IMG/VR virus record: IMGVR_UViG_3300050033_000335
Span: 1-62,758 of that record
Source: a virus
Taxonomy: Duplodnaviria; Caudoviricetes
Direction: 5' to 3' (one strand)
DNA: 62,758 nucleotides
Under the pieces are notes generated by a model. It searched no databases and was not told the DNA's origin. It saw only the letters and a program-made list of their open reading frames with translations. Made by a program: the position numbers and the translations under genes. How positions within the stretch are numbered: the stretch's first letter is position 1; every line of letters begins with the position of its first letter. Shown in pieces: positions 8,807 to 18,667 of this stretch.

Positions 8807-9142
8807 ATGAAAGAAAAAGTTAAAAATGGATCTTGTTATGCGGCTCGTCCCCAAGTCTGTACTAAATGCGGAAAGATAGGTCATCTTTATCAGTCTTGCC
8901 CTGAAAAGAAGCCAGTGGGCCCTGTTGATAATACGGCCTTTATGAAAGGACAAAATATTGCAAGAGTAGAGATTCTGAATAAGATTCAGAATCTGGCTGG
9001 AATTGATTCTAGGGTATCAACTTCTGAGGTTAGACAGGAGTTAAATAAATACCAATATAATCATTGCCCTACCCATGGAATGTATCCTAGAGCTGTAGGT
9101 AAATGCCCTAGATGTAATTATAATTCCGAATTAGCTGGTTAA
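8807..9142 (+). CDS. hypothetical protein with CCHC zinc knuckle
   Basis: CTKCGKIGHLYQSC = C-X2-C-X4-H-X4-C; second CPTH..CPRC site. Confidence 0.7.
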   Translation: MKEKVKNGSCYAARPQVCTKCGKIGHLYQSCPEKKPVGPVDNTAFMKGQNIARVEILNKIQNLAGIDSRVSTSEVRQELNKYQYNHCPTHGMYPRAVGKCPRCNYNSELAG

Positions 9143-9181
9143 GTGTATATAATACCTTATCAAAATTCATAGGAGTCCAAA

Positions 9182-9475
9182 ATGAGTAAAAAGCTTGCAG
9201 CTATTAATGGTATAACAGTAGTAGATTTTGTTCCAGACCCAACTCAATCTTTAGTTCCTTCTAGCGCTGCATTAATTACAATACGTACAGTTAACACCGT
9301 CGCAGTAAAGATCTTGGCGCTATCTGATATAACTTATTATTTCAATTCAGATTCTACTAAGACTTTCCTTGTAAAAGCTGGTATTGAGACAATAATAATG
9401 GTGGCTAATCCCGGTATTCTATCACTCAACATTGTGAATACTAGTACAACTGCTGTTTATATGCAGGGGATGTAA
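9182..9475 (+). CDS. hypothetical beta-rich (virion-like) protein
   Basis: AGGAG RBS, head-module context. Confidence 0.7.
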   Translation: MSKKLAAINGITVVDFVPDPTQSLVPSSAALITIRTVNTVAVKILALSDITYYFNSDSTKTFLVKAGIETIIMVANPGILSLNIVNTSTTAVYMQGM

Positions 9476-9477
9476 TT

Positions 9478-9798
9478 ATGAGATCTATCATTCTTAGTAT
9501 AATGATAATATTTTTACCAGGGTTTGCCTGGAGTCTTGGCGATATGGGTACTACTCAAGGTAAAAACATCCCTTTTGCCTCTACCGCCACTCCAGGAAAG
9601 GTCATGGTAGATGGTAGTAGTATTACTATATCCAATGGCACAATCTCCTCCCATGCCGGTAGTGGCGGCGGTATAACAGCAGTTACCGGAGTATCCCCTA
9701 TCGCAGTTTCAAGCGGAGGTACTCCGGCTGTTAGTTTAGGGTCAGTACCGTTCAAGAATATTTCTGCCGCACTTAGAGCACACGGCTTCACATTTTAA
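9478..9798 (+). CDS. small exported protein with fibre-like repeats
   Basis: Signal peptide MRSIILSIMIIFLPGFAWS; PFASTATPGKVMVDGSSITI resembles repeats in 33207-37049. Confidence 0.7.
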   Translation: MRSIILSIMIIFLPGFAWSLGDMGTTQGKNIPFASTATPGKVMVDGSSITISNGTISSHAGSGGGITAVTGVSPIAVSSGGTPAVSLGSVPFKNISAALRAHGFTF

Positions 9799-9907
9799 TT
9801 AAATATTATATAAATCCAAACTATATTGGAAATTTAGCACGTACTTCTCCAAGCATAGTATTTTTATGAATATTTAGATTTTTATTCGGATTTTAGGAGC
9901 TGAATAA

Positions 9908-11065
9908 ATGGCAACCAGAACAATAAGCGATAGCGGCGGTAATTACTCGGCAACCGGCACATGGGTTGAGGGGGTTGTGCCGACAGCCTCAGACGCTGTA
10001 GTTGCCACTGGCACCTCTGGGAACTTAACAGTTGACACAACTGGTAACGCAGCCGCGTCAGTGGATTTTACCAATTACCCTGTTACTTCTACTATCACTT
10101 TTGCAGCAACAAAGATGTTGACTGTATACGGAGGTTACAAACAAATTGCTGGCATGAATATTACTGGAACAGGGTCGCTGGTAATGGCTCTTGCGTCCAC
10201 AATGACATCAGCAGGAGTAACTTTCCCTGGTTCTTTAATCTTCGCAGTGAATGCTACTTTTACATTGGCCGATAATTGGACTCTAACTGGTTTATTGACC
10301 TACAATGCCAATATAGTTGTTCTTAATGGCAATCAAATTACTTGCAACGGAGGGATAACCAATAATGGGACGCCTAGTGGAACAACTAATATTATTTTAG
10401 CTGGTGGAACATGGTCAGGAAGTGGTACAAATGGGCTTTATAATAATTTAACTATAGCAGGAAATGTAACAGTTTCGGGCGCTGTTTATTATAGGAATGG
10501 AGTACTAACATATTTATCGGGAACAGTGACGTGGTCAAGTGCTGTATTGAGAATAACTGCAAATTGCACGCTAAACACTAGTGGGATAACCTGGCCGAAC
10601 GTAACCACAGCACAGGTTGCGACATGGACACTGCAAAGCGACTTAAATTGCACGATTTTAAATTTAGGCCACGCCATAATAACAGCTGGAAACTTTAATA
10701 TTAATTGCGCCAGCTATTTTGCAATAGCTGCTGGTGCTTCCTTAACTGTAAAAGCAGGACAAACCTTAAATATTTCAACTACGATGTTTTCTGGCACGCC
10801 AAGTTCGGCAGGTACTTACGTAAACTGCCCTCTAAAGTCAGGCACAGCCTCAAGCCCAATGTATCTAAATTATCAAGGACCGCAAGCAAATTTAGCGCTT
10901 ATAGGCTGCGCTATTACGGACGTAGACGCTTCCAGTTCTGCTATTCCGTTATTCCAGTATCAAGGAAGCACTCTACTAAGAACAGTTAATATCACGAACA
11001 TAGTACTTCCCCCGGCAGGCGGCTTAATGGGAAGCAGCAGTTTGTTAGGGGGGCTAGATGGCTAA
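9908..11065 (+). CDS. beta-helix-like putative virion protein
   Basis: G/T/N-rich 385 aa, ATRT...GTWVEGVVPTASDAV N-terminus, AGGAG RBS. Confidence 0.7.
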   Translation: MATRTISDSGGNYSATGTWVEGVVPTASDAVVATGTSGNLTVDTTGNAAASVDFTNYPVTSTITFAATKMLTVYGGYKQIAGMNITGTGSLVMALASTMTSAGVTFPGSLIFAVNATFTLADNWTLTGLLTYNANIVVLNGNQITCNGGITNNGTPSGTTNIILAGGTWSGSGTNGLYNNLTIAGNVTVSGAVYYRNGVLTYLSGTVTWSSAVLRITANCTLNTSGITWPNVTTAQVATWTLQSDLNCTILNLGHAIITAGNFNINCASYFAIAAGASLTVKAGQTLNISTTMFSGTPSSAGTYVNCPLKSGTASSPMYLNYQGPQANLALIGCAITDVDASSSAIPLFQYQGSTLLRTVNITNIVLPPAGGLMGSSSLLGGLDG

Positions 11066-12938
11066 GTTATCAATACTCGGCGGCGCAACTAGCGTCACAG
11101 ATTACATTTTCGTTCAGGACTCGGCAAGCACTGTCGGCGCTGGTAAAACGGGGCTCGTCTACAATACTTCGGGGTTATCAGCCTACTATGTCAGGCCAGG
11201 AGCAGCGTCGCAAGCCGTGTCGCTGGTGACCCAGACCGTAACCGGGGCGTATTCATCGGGTGGATTCGTGGAAGTGGATGCTGTAAACCTACCGGGCGTT
11301 TATCGTATCGACTACCCCAACGCCATGCTTGCGGCAGGGGTACGGTCGGCGGTAATGATGCTGAAAGGGACCGGGATTGCACCGGTAAAGTTGGAGCTAG
11401 AGCTGACCGGATGGGATAACCAGGTATCTAAAATAGCCTCCACTCTTGCAGCTTCGGATGTGACAGGGAATCTCCCTACCAACGTCATCCAGGTCAACGG
11501 CACCGCTCAGACGGCCCGAGATCTGGGAGCGAGCGTACTGCTTGCAGGTGATTTTTCCGCGACGATGAAAACAAGTCTCAACGCGTCAACGGTAGCAACT
11601 GTGACCAACCTCACCAATGCACCGACGAACGGCGACCTTACAGCCACAATGAAGGCCAGTATAGCAACGTCCGTTAGTGGTGTGACTGCTGCTGTCACTG
11701 CCATTACGACCAATACGGCAAGGGGGCGTACTGTTATCCCAGACCAGATGGAGCTGCCTGCTTCCGGTTCTACATCTTATGAAATCAACCTCAACATTTA
11801 CACGCTGCAGGGGGCAATGGATGCCCCCGACTCGGCACCTACCATTCACGCCAGGACTGTGGGCGGGGCTTCGATGGATGCGTCACTTAGGTCCACCGCC
11901 ATGACGCTTATATCTGCAGGCGTCTACAATGTGACCTATTCTGTAGCATCAACAGATATTCAACAGCAGATCCTTTTCACCTTCGCCTGGGCTGTTGGAG
12001 GGGTGCCATTCACTCTCACGGGCACGACTGATGTTGTCAACGTGTATGCTGTGGCCTTTACATCTATCGACCGAACTGCACTGAACGCTATTCCAACTAC
12101 CCCTCTTTTAACTAGTGATACTCGGTTAAATCATTTGAATGCAGATATTTCGGCTATTCCAATTGCTCCACTTCTGGCAAGCGACACCCGGCTGAACCAC
12201 TTGAACGCCGACATCTCAGCCATTCCAATTGCCCCACTCTTGGCAGTAAACTATACGGCACCGGATAGTGCTAGTATAATAGCAACGGCAGTGTGGGCAG
12301 CAGGAGGACGGACACTGACATCTTTCGGCACACTAGTTGCCGATGCCGCAGCCGCAGTCTGGGGTGCTGTGTCTCGAACACTTACAGCTTTTGCATTCAT
12401 TCCTACTGTTGACAAGACTGGGTATACTTTAGATTCTGCACAACGGGTTAAACTAGATGCTTCACAACCTGATTATGTACCTGCTAAAGAATCTGATGTA
12501 ACAACAATAACAACAGCAATTAGCAATATATCAGATCCATTTTCTGAGGTAATTCCAGAAAGTAATCCGGCTATGACTTATGGACAAGCTTTAGCTAGGT
12601 TAACAGTACCTAGTACACTTCCAGTAATTCCAATATTAGCTCTGCCTACTACTACTTATCAGATTCTATATGGGAATACTAAAGAATTTGCAGCTACGGC
12701 TTGGTCGGTAGGCGATATTGCTACCATGACCATTTCTAGTTCACAGATTATAAATGGTGTTATTATCGAACCTGCAATTAGGACGTGCACTTTAGACTCC
12801 ACCGGATTATTTTCTTTTACCCCAGATATAGGTTTAACTAACGTATTAATAACTATAAGTAATTTTAGAGGTATTTATTTTTCTAAAGCAATTTCTCTAA
12901 TAAATACAAACAGCAGTATGAACATTTCAGATTACTAA
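11058..12938 (+). CDS. large putative virion structural protein
   Basis: 626 aa A/T/S-rich, internal PLLxSDTRLNHLNADISAIPIA duplication and AVW..xRTLT repeats. Confidence 0.75.
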   Translation: MAKLSILGGATSVTDYIFVQDSASTVGAGKTGLVYNTSGLSAYYVRPGAASQAVSLVTQTVTGAYSSGGFVEVDAVNLPGVYRIDYPNAMLAAGVRSAVMMLKGTGIAPVKLELELTGWDNQVSKIASTLAASDVTGNLPTNVIQVNGTAQTARDLGASVLLAGDFSATMKTSLNASTVATVTNLTNAPTNGDLTATMKASIATSVSGVTAAVTAITTNTARGRTVIPDQMELPASGSTSYEINLNIYTLQGAMDAPDSAPTIHARTVGGASMDASLRSTAMTLISAGVYNVTYSVASTDIQQQILFTFAWAVGGVPFTLTGTTDVVNVYAVAFTSIDRTALNAIPTTPLLTSDTRLNHLNADISAIPIAPLLASDTRLNHLNADISAIPIAPLLAVNYTAPDSASIIATAVWAAGGRTLTSFGTLVADAAAAVWGAVSRTLTAFAFIPTVDKTGYTLDSAQRVKLDASQPDYVPAKESDVTTITTAISNISDPFSEVIPESNPAMTYGQALARLTVPSTLPVIPILALPTTTYQILYGNTKEFAATAWSVGDIATMTISSSQIINGVIIEPAIRTCTLDSTGLFSFTPDIGLTNVLITISNFRGIYFSKAISLINTNSSMNISDY

Positions 12939-12943
12939 AAGTG

Positions 12944-12972
12944 TTTACTTTTTAGTTTGACTTTGGTATAAT
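12944..12972 (+). promoter_or_regulatory. sigma70-type promoter for capsid/tail operon
   Basis: TTTACT-17 bp-TATAAT with TG extended -10. Confidence 0.8.
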
Positions 12973-12990
12973 ATATAAGTAAACATTTTG

Positions 12991-13046
12991 AACAGGATTA
13001 TAGGAAGCCGAGTCACCCATCTAGGGGTGACTCGGCTTTTCTTTTG
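12991..13046 (+). terminator. 56-bp leader element with intrinsic-terminator hairpin, copy 2
   Basis: Perfect 14-bp stem AAGCCGAGTCACCC/GGGTGACTCGGCTT then TTCTTTT. Confidence 0.85.
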
Positions 13047-13080
13047 ACCTCATCCCAACAAGATTACACAGGAGAGAAAA

Positions 13081-13491
13081 GTGAAAAATTGGATTATCGC
13101 AGCAATAATTGTGTTAGTTGGCGCTTTGCCTTATGGAATATCTCAGGCAGGTACAGCTAGCCAGAGCGCCCCTGCTGTTGGTCGAATTAACGTTCCTCTT
13201 ACTGTGCCTAAAGTCGCTAAGTCCTCCTGCAAAACCATAGTTGCCGGTGCTCATGTAGTTACTACCTTTGATGTGTCTAATACGACCATGGTAAACTGGA
13301 AGGCAACTACTTCCCCCACTAACTCTGCCCTAGTTATTGTCAAGCGTATCCTGAATTCCAATACGGCTTACTATCCTGCATCCGATGAGAAGAACCTCCC
13401 AATTGACGCTTTGGTATCTACGCTAGGGTTTTCTAACTTTTCGGCCGCTAGTCCTCCTGCTACAACTTATGTTTGTGTAGAGCTTAACTAG
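13081..13491 (+). CDS. exported hypothetical protein
   Basis: Signal peptide MKNWIIAAIIVLVGALPYGISQA; two Cys; AGGAG RBS. Confidence 0.75.
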   Translation: MKNWIIAAIIVLVGALPYGISQAGTASQSAPAVGRINVPLTVPKVAKSSCKTIVAGAHVVTTFDVSNTTMVNWKATTSPTNSALVIVKRILNSNTAYYPASDEKNLPIDALVSTLGFSNFSAASPPATTYVCVELN

Positions 13492-13500
13492 GATATAACT

Positions 13501-13851
13501 ATGCCGAAAGCAACTAAGTATAATAATTCTACTGAAAATTGGCAAAAGAAATATGGGATGAATACTTTAGAATATAAAAGTAATCCTATATTCCATAGAA
13601 ATTCCCCTGGAGCCATGAGTCTTGGTGAGTATGCTGCCAAGAAAGATCGTACTATAGAAGATGATCAAGAGGAGGCAAAGAAAGATATGGATGCAGCTAA
13701 AGTTCAGAATTCCAAAGCCTTTCAGAACGGAAAAATGAAAGCATATAATGATCTTGGTGTAACTACTAAACCGTGCCGAAAGTGTGGAACACCTGTTCCG
13801 GATAGTCGGGTACTCTCCCTTTGTGATAATTGTATAGCTAAGAGCAAATGA
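13501..13851 (+). CDS. hypothetical protein with C-terminal zinc finger
   Basis: CRKC...CDNC; coupled to next gene. Confidence 0.7.
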   Translation: MPKATKYNNSTENWQKKYGMNTLEYKSNPIFHRNSPGAMSLGEYAAKKDRTIEDDQEEAKKDMDAAKVQNSKAFQNGKMKAYNDLGVTTKPCRKCGTPVPDSRVLSLCDNCIAKSK

Positions 13852-15083
13852 CCATCAAATTTACTAATAACTTCACACCATCCCAATATGAGGAAACGCC
13901 TGAGGGATTTTTACGTGTTAAAGCTAGAGTTTTAGCTGAACGAGTAATGCCCTATGCTCGTACTGAGATAAGTGATATTCCGCCCGAATTGGACGGGGTA
14001 AATCCGATTATGATGTTAGTAACTACAGAGGATATGGGCGCGGCAGAATCAATAAGGACATTAGAAGGCGCATCAGTAGTTGCCCCAGATCATCAATGGA
14101 TTGAAGCCGATAGTTTAGCATCTAAAAAAGGAAATACTGTAGGTACCCCCAGTATAGATGGACCCTATCTTAATACAGACCTTTTAATTACAGATCCTAA
14201 TACTGTAACTAAGATCAAGAACAAAGAAATTGGAGAGATTAGTGGGGCATATATAGCTACTCCAGTATTTGAAGGAGGAGAACACGACGGAATAAAATAT
14301 CATGCCCGGCAAACCGGGCTTCGCTGGAATCACGTGGCAATAATTCCATTCGGAAGTGGCCGTGCTGGGTTAGATGTAAGAATCATAAACCAAAAACCTG
14401 CATATCGGGAGGAGAAGATGGCCGTAAGAGTTAAGTTGAGAAATACGAACAGATACATCAATGTGGAAGATGAGGAAACTGCTAAGGCTGTCGAGTCTGA
14501 ACAAGATGCAGGTGAGGCCAAGGTTGGAGAGGCTAAAGAAGAGGGCGCAAGCGAAGAGAAAGAATCTTCCGGTTCTAGTCTAGAAGCTCTTATGAAAGAG
14601 ACAACCGAGTTGAAAGTTTCGCAGTCGGATCTTCAGGCTAAACTTGACGAAGCTCTCGGTGAACTAGCTGTCTACAAAGAAGAAATTGACAAGCTCATGT
14701 CGGATGAGTCTATGGAAAGTGAAGTTGAAGCTCAAGCCAAGGATTCCGGTGAAGCCGATGAGATTATCGAGAACATGTGCATGAGTTTCGATCCCAAGAA
14801 GGCTGCAGAAGTTCGTGGATCTTTCCTCCGAATCGGTAATACCAGTATTCATAAACTGCGCGGGACAGCTCTTCATGAAGCAGTCCTTAATGCCGTGGGT
14901 ATGAAGACTGAAAACATGGCGCCTGCCGAACTGAAGGGTGCATTCAAGGCTCGTCTCCATATGGCTAATACTTCCCCTAAGCCAGCCGTAAAGACCGTTG
15001 CAGGGGCCAAGCTGTTTAATCAAGATTCTACATTTGTTGAAGGCCCACAGAGGGTTATCAATAAAATGTGGGGCAAGAAATAA
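13848..15083 (+). CDS. prohead protease/scaffold (DUF2213-like)
   Basis: TPEGFL, EISGAY, NHVAIIPFGSGRAG, then acidic coiled-coil scaffold region. Confidence 0.88.
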   Translation: MTIKFTNNFTPSQYEETPEGFLRVKARVLAERVMPYARTEISDIPPELDGVNPIMMLVTTEDMGAAESIRTLEGASVVAPDHQWIEADSLASKKGNTVGTPSIDGPYLNTDLLITDPNTVTKIKNKEIGEISGAYIATPVFEGGEHDGIKYHARQTGLRWNHVAIIPFGSGRAGLDVRIINQKPAYREEKMAVRVKLRNTNRYINVEDEETAKAVESEQDAGEAKVGEAKEEGASEEKESSGSSLEALMKETTELKVSQSDLQAKLDEALGELAVYKEEIDKLMSDESMESEVEAQAKDSGEADEIIENMCMSFDPKKAAEVRGSFLRIGNTSIHKLRGTALHEAVLNAVGMKTENMAPAELKGAFKARLHMANTSPKPAVKTVAGAKLFNQDSTFVEGPQRVINKMWGKK

Positions 15084-15104
15084 TAAGGGGGAGGGAATAA
15101 ACTC

Positions 15105-15740
15105 ATGGCAATAAGAACTTATTCAACAATGGCTTCTGGTTTTCGTGGCACCCAGAATGGCTACGTGCAGAACATGATCACGGATCAGCCTGGGTTTGGT
15201 GTTCCTGGAATGCTTCCTTACGCCTCTGACAATACACTGGTTGATAGCTTTATCGTTGGCGCTGATGTTTTTGCTGGGGCAGGTTGCATACTTCTTCCTA
15301 ACAGTGCATTTACTTCGCCTGCACTTATCGGCTCCCCTGTTAACTACCAGACCCCGCCTGAATTAATGGCTCTTCCGAGTGCAGCTCAGTCTCCTTCCGG
15401 CTTGGCTCTTGGTAACTTTGCCGGTGTGGTAGTATTTAACGAGAATATGCAGTCTAACAGTTCTGGTTATCCCGGTTGGGCACAGGGCCGTGTTGGTCAG
15501 TTGCTTCGGCCTAACAGGGCTGGTGGTAGAATCTTTGTAGTTGCTCGTGAGACCATTGTCCCTGGTACTTCCACTGTTAACTGGATTGTGGTTGGCGATA
15601 CTGCGGGTCTCTATGCTGCTGGGGAATTCGCTCCGGAAGCCTATAGTACCAATAGTGCTACATCAGTAGCCATTACTACTGCAAAATGGATTACTCCAGC
15701 AGTTGCTGGTGGAATCGCGATAATCGAATTCGGAATCTAA
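15105..15740 (+). CDS. capsid decoration/cement protein
   Basis: Position between protease and major capsid gene; size and composition. Confidence 0.7.
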   Translation: MAIRTYSTMASGFRGTQNGYVQNMITDQPGFGVPGMLPYASDNTLVDSFIVGADVFAGAGCILLPNSAFTSPALIGSPVNYQTPPELMALPSAAQSPSGLALGNFAGVVVFNENMQSNSSGYPGWAQGRVGQLLRPNRAGGRIFVVARETIVPGTSTVNWIVVGDTAGLYAAGEFAPEAYSTNSATSVAITTAKWITPAVAGGIAIIEFGI

Positions 15741-15770
15741 CCAACCGCCAACGGAGGAGGAACTTAAACC

Positions 15771-16733
15771 ATGTCATATCCATTCACTCAGGGCGGAGCA
15801 ACAAACGTAACCGCCACGGAATTGGTCGTTTCCCAGTACGACCAGATACAGGCCGAATTCGAAGATGTAAAGTATCCCGAGGTACTTTATGATACGGAAT
15901 TCGACCAGGCTTCGGTAAAAACCGATATTAATCCCGGCGCAATGAACATAGTTTACCGCGTAAGAGATATTAAAGGAACCGGTAATTTTGTTAATGGTTC
16001 CTCTAGAAACATCCCGCGTGTTGGCCAGGTTATTTCTCAGGTAACTGTGCCTATTCAGGACGGTGCTGTTGGGTTTACTCTCATGGATGCCGAAGCTCGT
16101 AGGTATCAGTTTGCCTATCAGGGCAGTTTGGCCCAGGATATGGGCGGCATTATGAAGAGGGCTGCTGAATATCACTTGGAGCGTGGTTGGTTCTTCGGCG
16201 ATTCGGATGTAAACTTTCTCCCGTATCTCGACTATCCATACTGTGCTAAGATACTTGCTTCCCAGGCATGGGCGTCTGGTACACCAGCTGACTGGGTTGC
16301 ATCGATTAATGATGCTATGACTCAGCTTTGGGTTAACAGCAAAACAGTATACCTCCCGGATGTAGTTGAACTGCCCCTTGCTAAATTCTCCATGCTTACT
16401 GAAGCATATGTAATCGGCGCCGGTCCTGTTGGTGTAGCCGTATCAGCAATGAAGTACCTGATTGAAAACAATATATATACAGCTAATACGGGCAAACCTC
16501 TCACTATTCGTGCTCTTCGTTATCTCACAGGTACAGCTGTTGATGATGGCGGCGGCGATCGTTGCATCATCAAAGACAGCAAAGCAATGAATTACATGCT
16601 GCCTCTCCCAATGCCTTATCAACTTGCCCAGCCTGTGCCCATCGCACTTGGTGTTGAAGGTTTTGCCGAGTACATCTTCGGATCTTTCCACATCAAATTT
16701 CCGCTGGCTATGCTGTATCTCGACGGTATTTAA
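15771..16733 (+). CDS. major capsid protein (DUF2184-like)
   Basis: 320 aa, EDVKYPE, NIPRV, C-terminal IKFPLAMLYLDGI typical of this family; strong RBS. Confidence 0.9.
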   Translation: MSYPFTQGGATNVTATELVVSQYDQIQAEFEDVKYPEVLYDTEFDQASVKTDINPGAMNIVYRVRDIKGTGNFVNGSSRNIPRVGQVISQVTVPIQDGAVGFTLMDAEARRYQFAYQGSLAQDMGGIMKRAAEYHLERGWFFGDSDVNFLPYLDYPYCAKILASQAWASGTPADWVASINDAMTQLWVNSKTVYLPDVVELPLAKFSMLTEAYVIGAGPVGVAVSAMKYLIENNIYTANTGKPLTIRALRYLTGTAVDDGGGDRCIIKDSKAMNYMLPLPMPYQLAQPVPIALGVEGFAEYIFGSFHIKFPLAMLYLDGI

Positions 16734-16815
16734 TATTAATTGGCTTGAGATGGAAGGGTATCACTGCAGTCGTGAAGGCTGCAAGAACCCTTCCTGAATG
16801 AAAGGAGATTGTGAA

Positions 16816-17241
16816 ATGGCCGTTATTAAAACAGTAAAAGATATAGTGATTGCTAATCATCACACTGCAGATATAATTCTTTCCAGGGTCTATCACCCAA
16901 ATATTGAGGGTGATCCAACTAAACGACATCTTCAATCTGAAGCTATTATTATCCATCGTGGAACAGCTCGTAAAGTAAAGGCTGAAGAATGGGAGCTTCG
17001 TAAGGATAGCCGCGTAATTCAGTATTACTTGGATAATAAGATTATCTCGGTAACTCATTGTGAAGGCCCAAGCGAGATAGCGTTTAGTGGTATTATGGCT
17101 TTAGAAGTACCTGATCATCTTAAACCCAATGATGAAGGCGAAGTTTTTGCACCAAGTGCGGTTGATCCTAATATTATGGTAGCAGCCAAACTTAAAAAGG
17201 GCCGCACTTCGAGTATGACTATAACAGGGATAGCTGAATAA
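16816..17241 (+). CDS. hypothetical virion morphogenesis protein
   Basis: AAGGAG RBS, post-capsid position. Confidence 0.7.
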   Translation: MAVIKTVKDIVIANHHTADIILSRVYHPNIEGDPTKRHLQSEAIIIHRGTARKVKAEEWELRKDSRVIQYYLDNKIISVTHCEGPSEIAFSGIMALEVPDHLKPNDEGEVFAPSAVDPNIMVAAKLKKGRTSSMTITGIAE

Positions 17242-17700
17242 ATGAGCAATATCGCCCCAGCATGGTCAGATGTTACAGCAGTCTATCCTATGTTTATCGG
17301 TATAACCTATCAGACTTCTGGCCCATTACAGCTGGCTGTCTCTACCAGGTTACTGGCACAAGGACCATGGGGAGACTTCTGGAGTGATGCCATAATGCTG
17401 GATTGCGCCCATAACCTCTTGCTTAACACTTTGGCACAGCAGGCTAATGGAATGGGTGCAGTCCAGCTTGCTGCCGGTCCTATCTCTTCAACTAGCGTAG
17501 CTGGTACATCTACATCGTTTAATACTGCAACATCAAACAATAAGAGTAATGTAAGAGACTGGTATTTAAAGACTACATTTGGACAGCAATTTCTCAGACT
17601 TCAGGATGTAGTAATCCCTATTGGTTTTACTTCTGGCGGAGGCTTCTCTCAGGAAGCAGCTGATGTGTCTCCCGATCTTGGTGGGGAAATGATACTGTGA
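17242..17700 (+). CDS. head-tail adaptor (DUF4054-like)
   Basis: CAHNL, GPISSTSVAGTSTSF, WYLKTTFGQQF. Confidence 0.85.
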   Translation: MSNIAPAWSDVTAVYPMFIGITYQTSGPLQLAVSTRLLAQGPWGDFWSDAIMLDCAHNLLLNTLAQQANGMGAVQLAAGPISSTSVAGTSTSFNTATSNNKSNVRDWYLKTTFGQQFLRLQDVVIPIGFTSGGGFSQEAADVSPDLGGEMIL

Positions 17701-18251
17701 AACCGCAAGTTACAGTATTCAGGAAAAATCCAGGTTGGGCGGCATCTCTTCTGGGCAATTGTACCAAGATTGCCGGTAAAGAGATTGCTGTTGGCTTTCC
17801 AAAGGGGAAGGCACAGCCATACCCAGATGGAGAACCAGTTGCTTCTGTAGCAGCTAAGAACTGTTTCGGAATCGATGTTACTCAGCGTGACTTTATGAGC
17901 TATGCTGAACCGAGTATTATAGATAAAACACGAGAAACAATGCTTAAGATTATTCGGCTGAATAATCTTTTTGGTGATCATACCCCTCAAATCCAAGAAC
18001 TACAAGAAAAAGCTGGATTACTTGCTGCCAACTGCATAAAGACAGCAATTCGAGACGGAGGGTGGGAACCTAACTCAGATAATCCAATGGGTTGGCAGAT
18101 AAGATCTGAAATTAGTGCTAATTGGGGCGTACGTATTCCAGAGGGAATGTCTTATCGCGCTGCTAAACTCCAATTTCATCATAAGGATAAACCGTTAATT
18201 GATACTGCACATTTACTAAACAGTGTTAACTATGTTGTGAGGGATAAATGA
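17697..18251 (+). CDS. neck/tail completion protein
   Basis: IAVGFP..YPDG, DKPLIDTAHLLNSVNY. Confidence 0.8.
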   Translation: MKPQVTVFRKNPGWAASLLGNCTKIAGKEIAVGFPKGKAQPYPDGEPVASVAAKNCFGIDVTQRDFMSYAEPSIIDKTRETMLKIIRLNNLFGDHTPQIQELQEKAGLLAANCIKTAIRDGGWEPNSDNPMGWQIRSEISANWGVRIPEGMSYRAAKLQFHHKDKPLIDTAHLLNSVNYVVRDK

Positions 18252-18667
18252 GCATTTTACCTCTCACAATACATGCAAGTATAGCTATTGGAATGCTTTC
18301 TATTTCTGTTCCTGTTATAGATACTCAGTATGAGACAGTGGGAGGAGTAGATATTCAAGTACCTGTTGGAAATAGAACCATTGAGGCAGCAGTTGATGCT
18401 AGTACTCGCCGGACATTAGAATTAATTTTTGGTGGATCAGTCTCAGATGGTGATATTGGGATCTGGCCTCTTAACTCAAACGATATATTGTATTGGATTG
18501 ATAACTTTGAAGCTCAACCTTTTGTCGATGATGATTTACGCAAACAGTCATTCATAATGTATGGTGGAAATGAGTACCGAGTGACAGGTGCTTCAGACTT
18601 TACACCTCAAGCTGGGCATAAAGTATATCTCGCTAAGAAGCATGTACGACAGGACCAACCTCAGTGA
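18248..18667 (+). CDS. head-closure/neck protein
   Basis: Synteny and size. Confidence 0.65.
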   Translation: MSILPLTIHASIAIGMLSISVPVIDTQYETVGGVDIQVPVGNRTIEAAVDASTRRTLELIFGGSVSDGDIGIWPLNSNDILYWIDNFEAQPFVDDDLRKQSFIMYGGNEYRVTGASDFTPQAGHKVYLAKKHVRQDQPQ

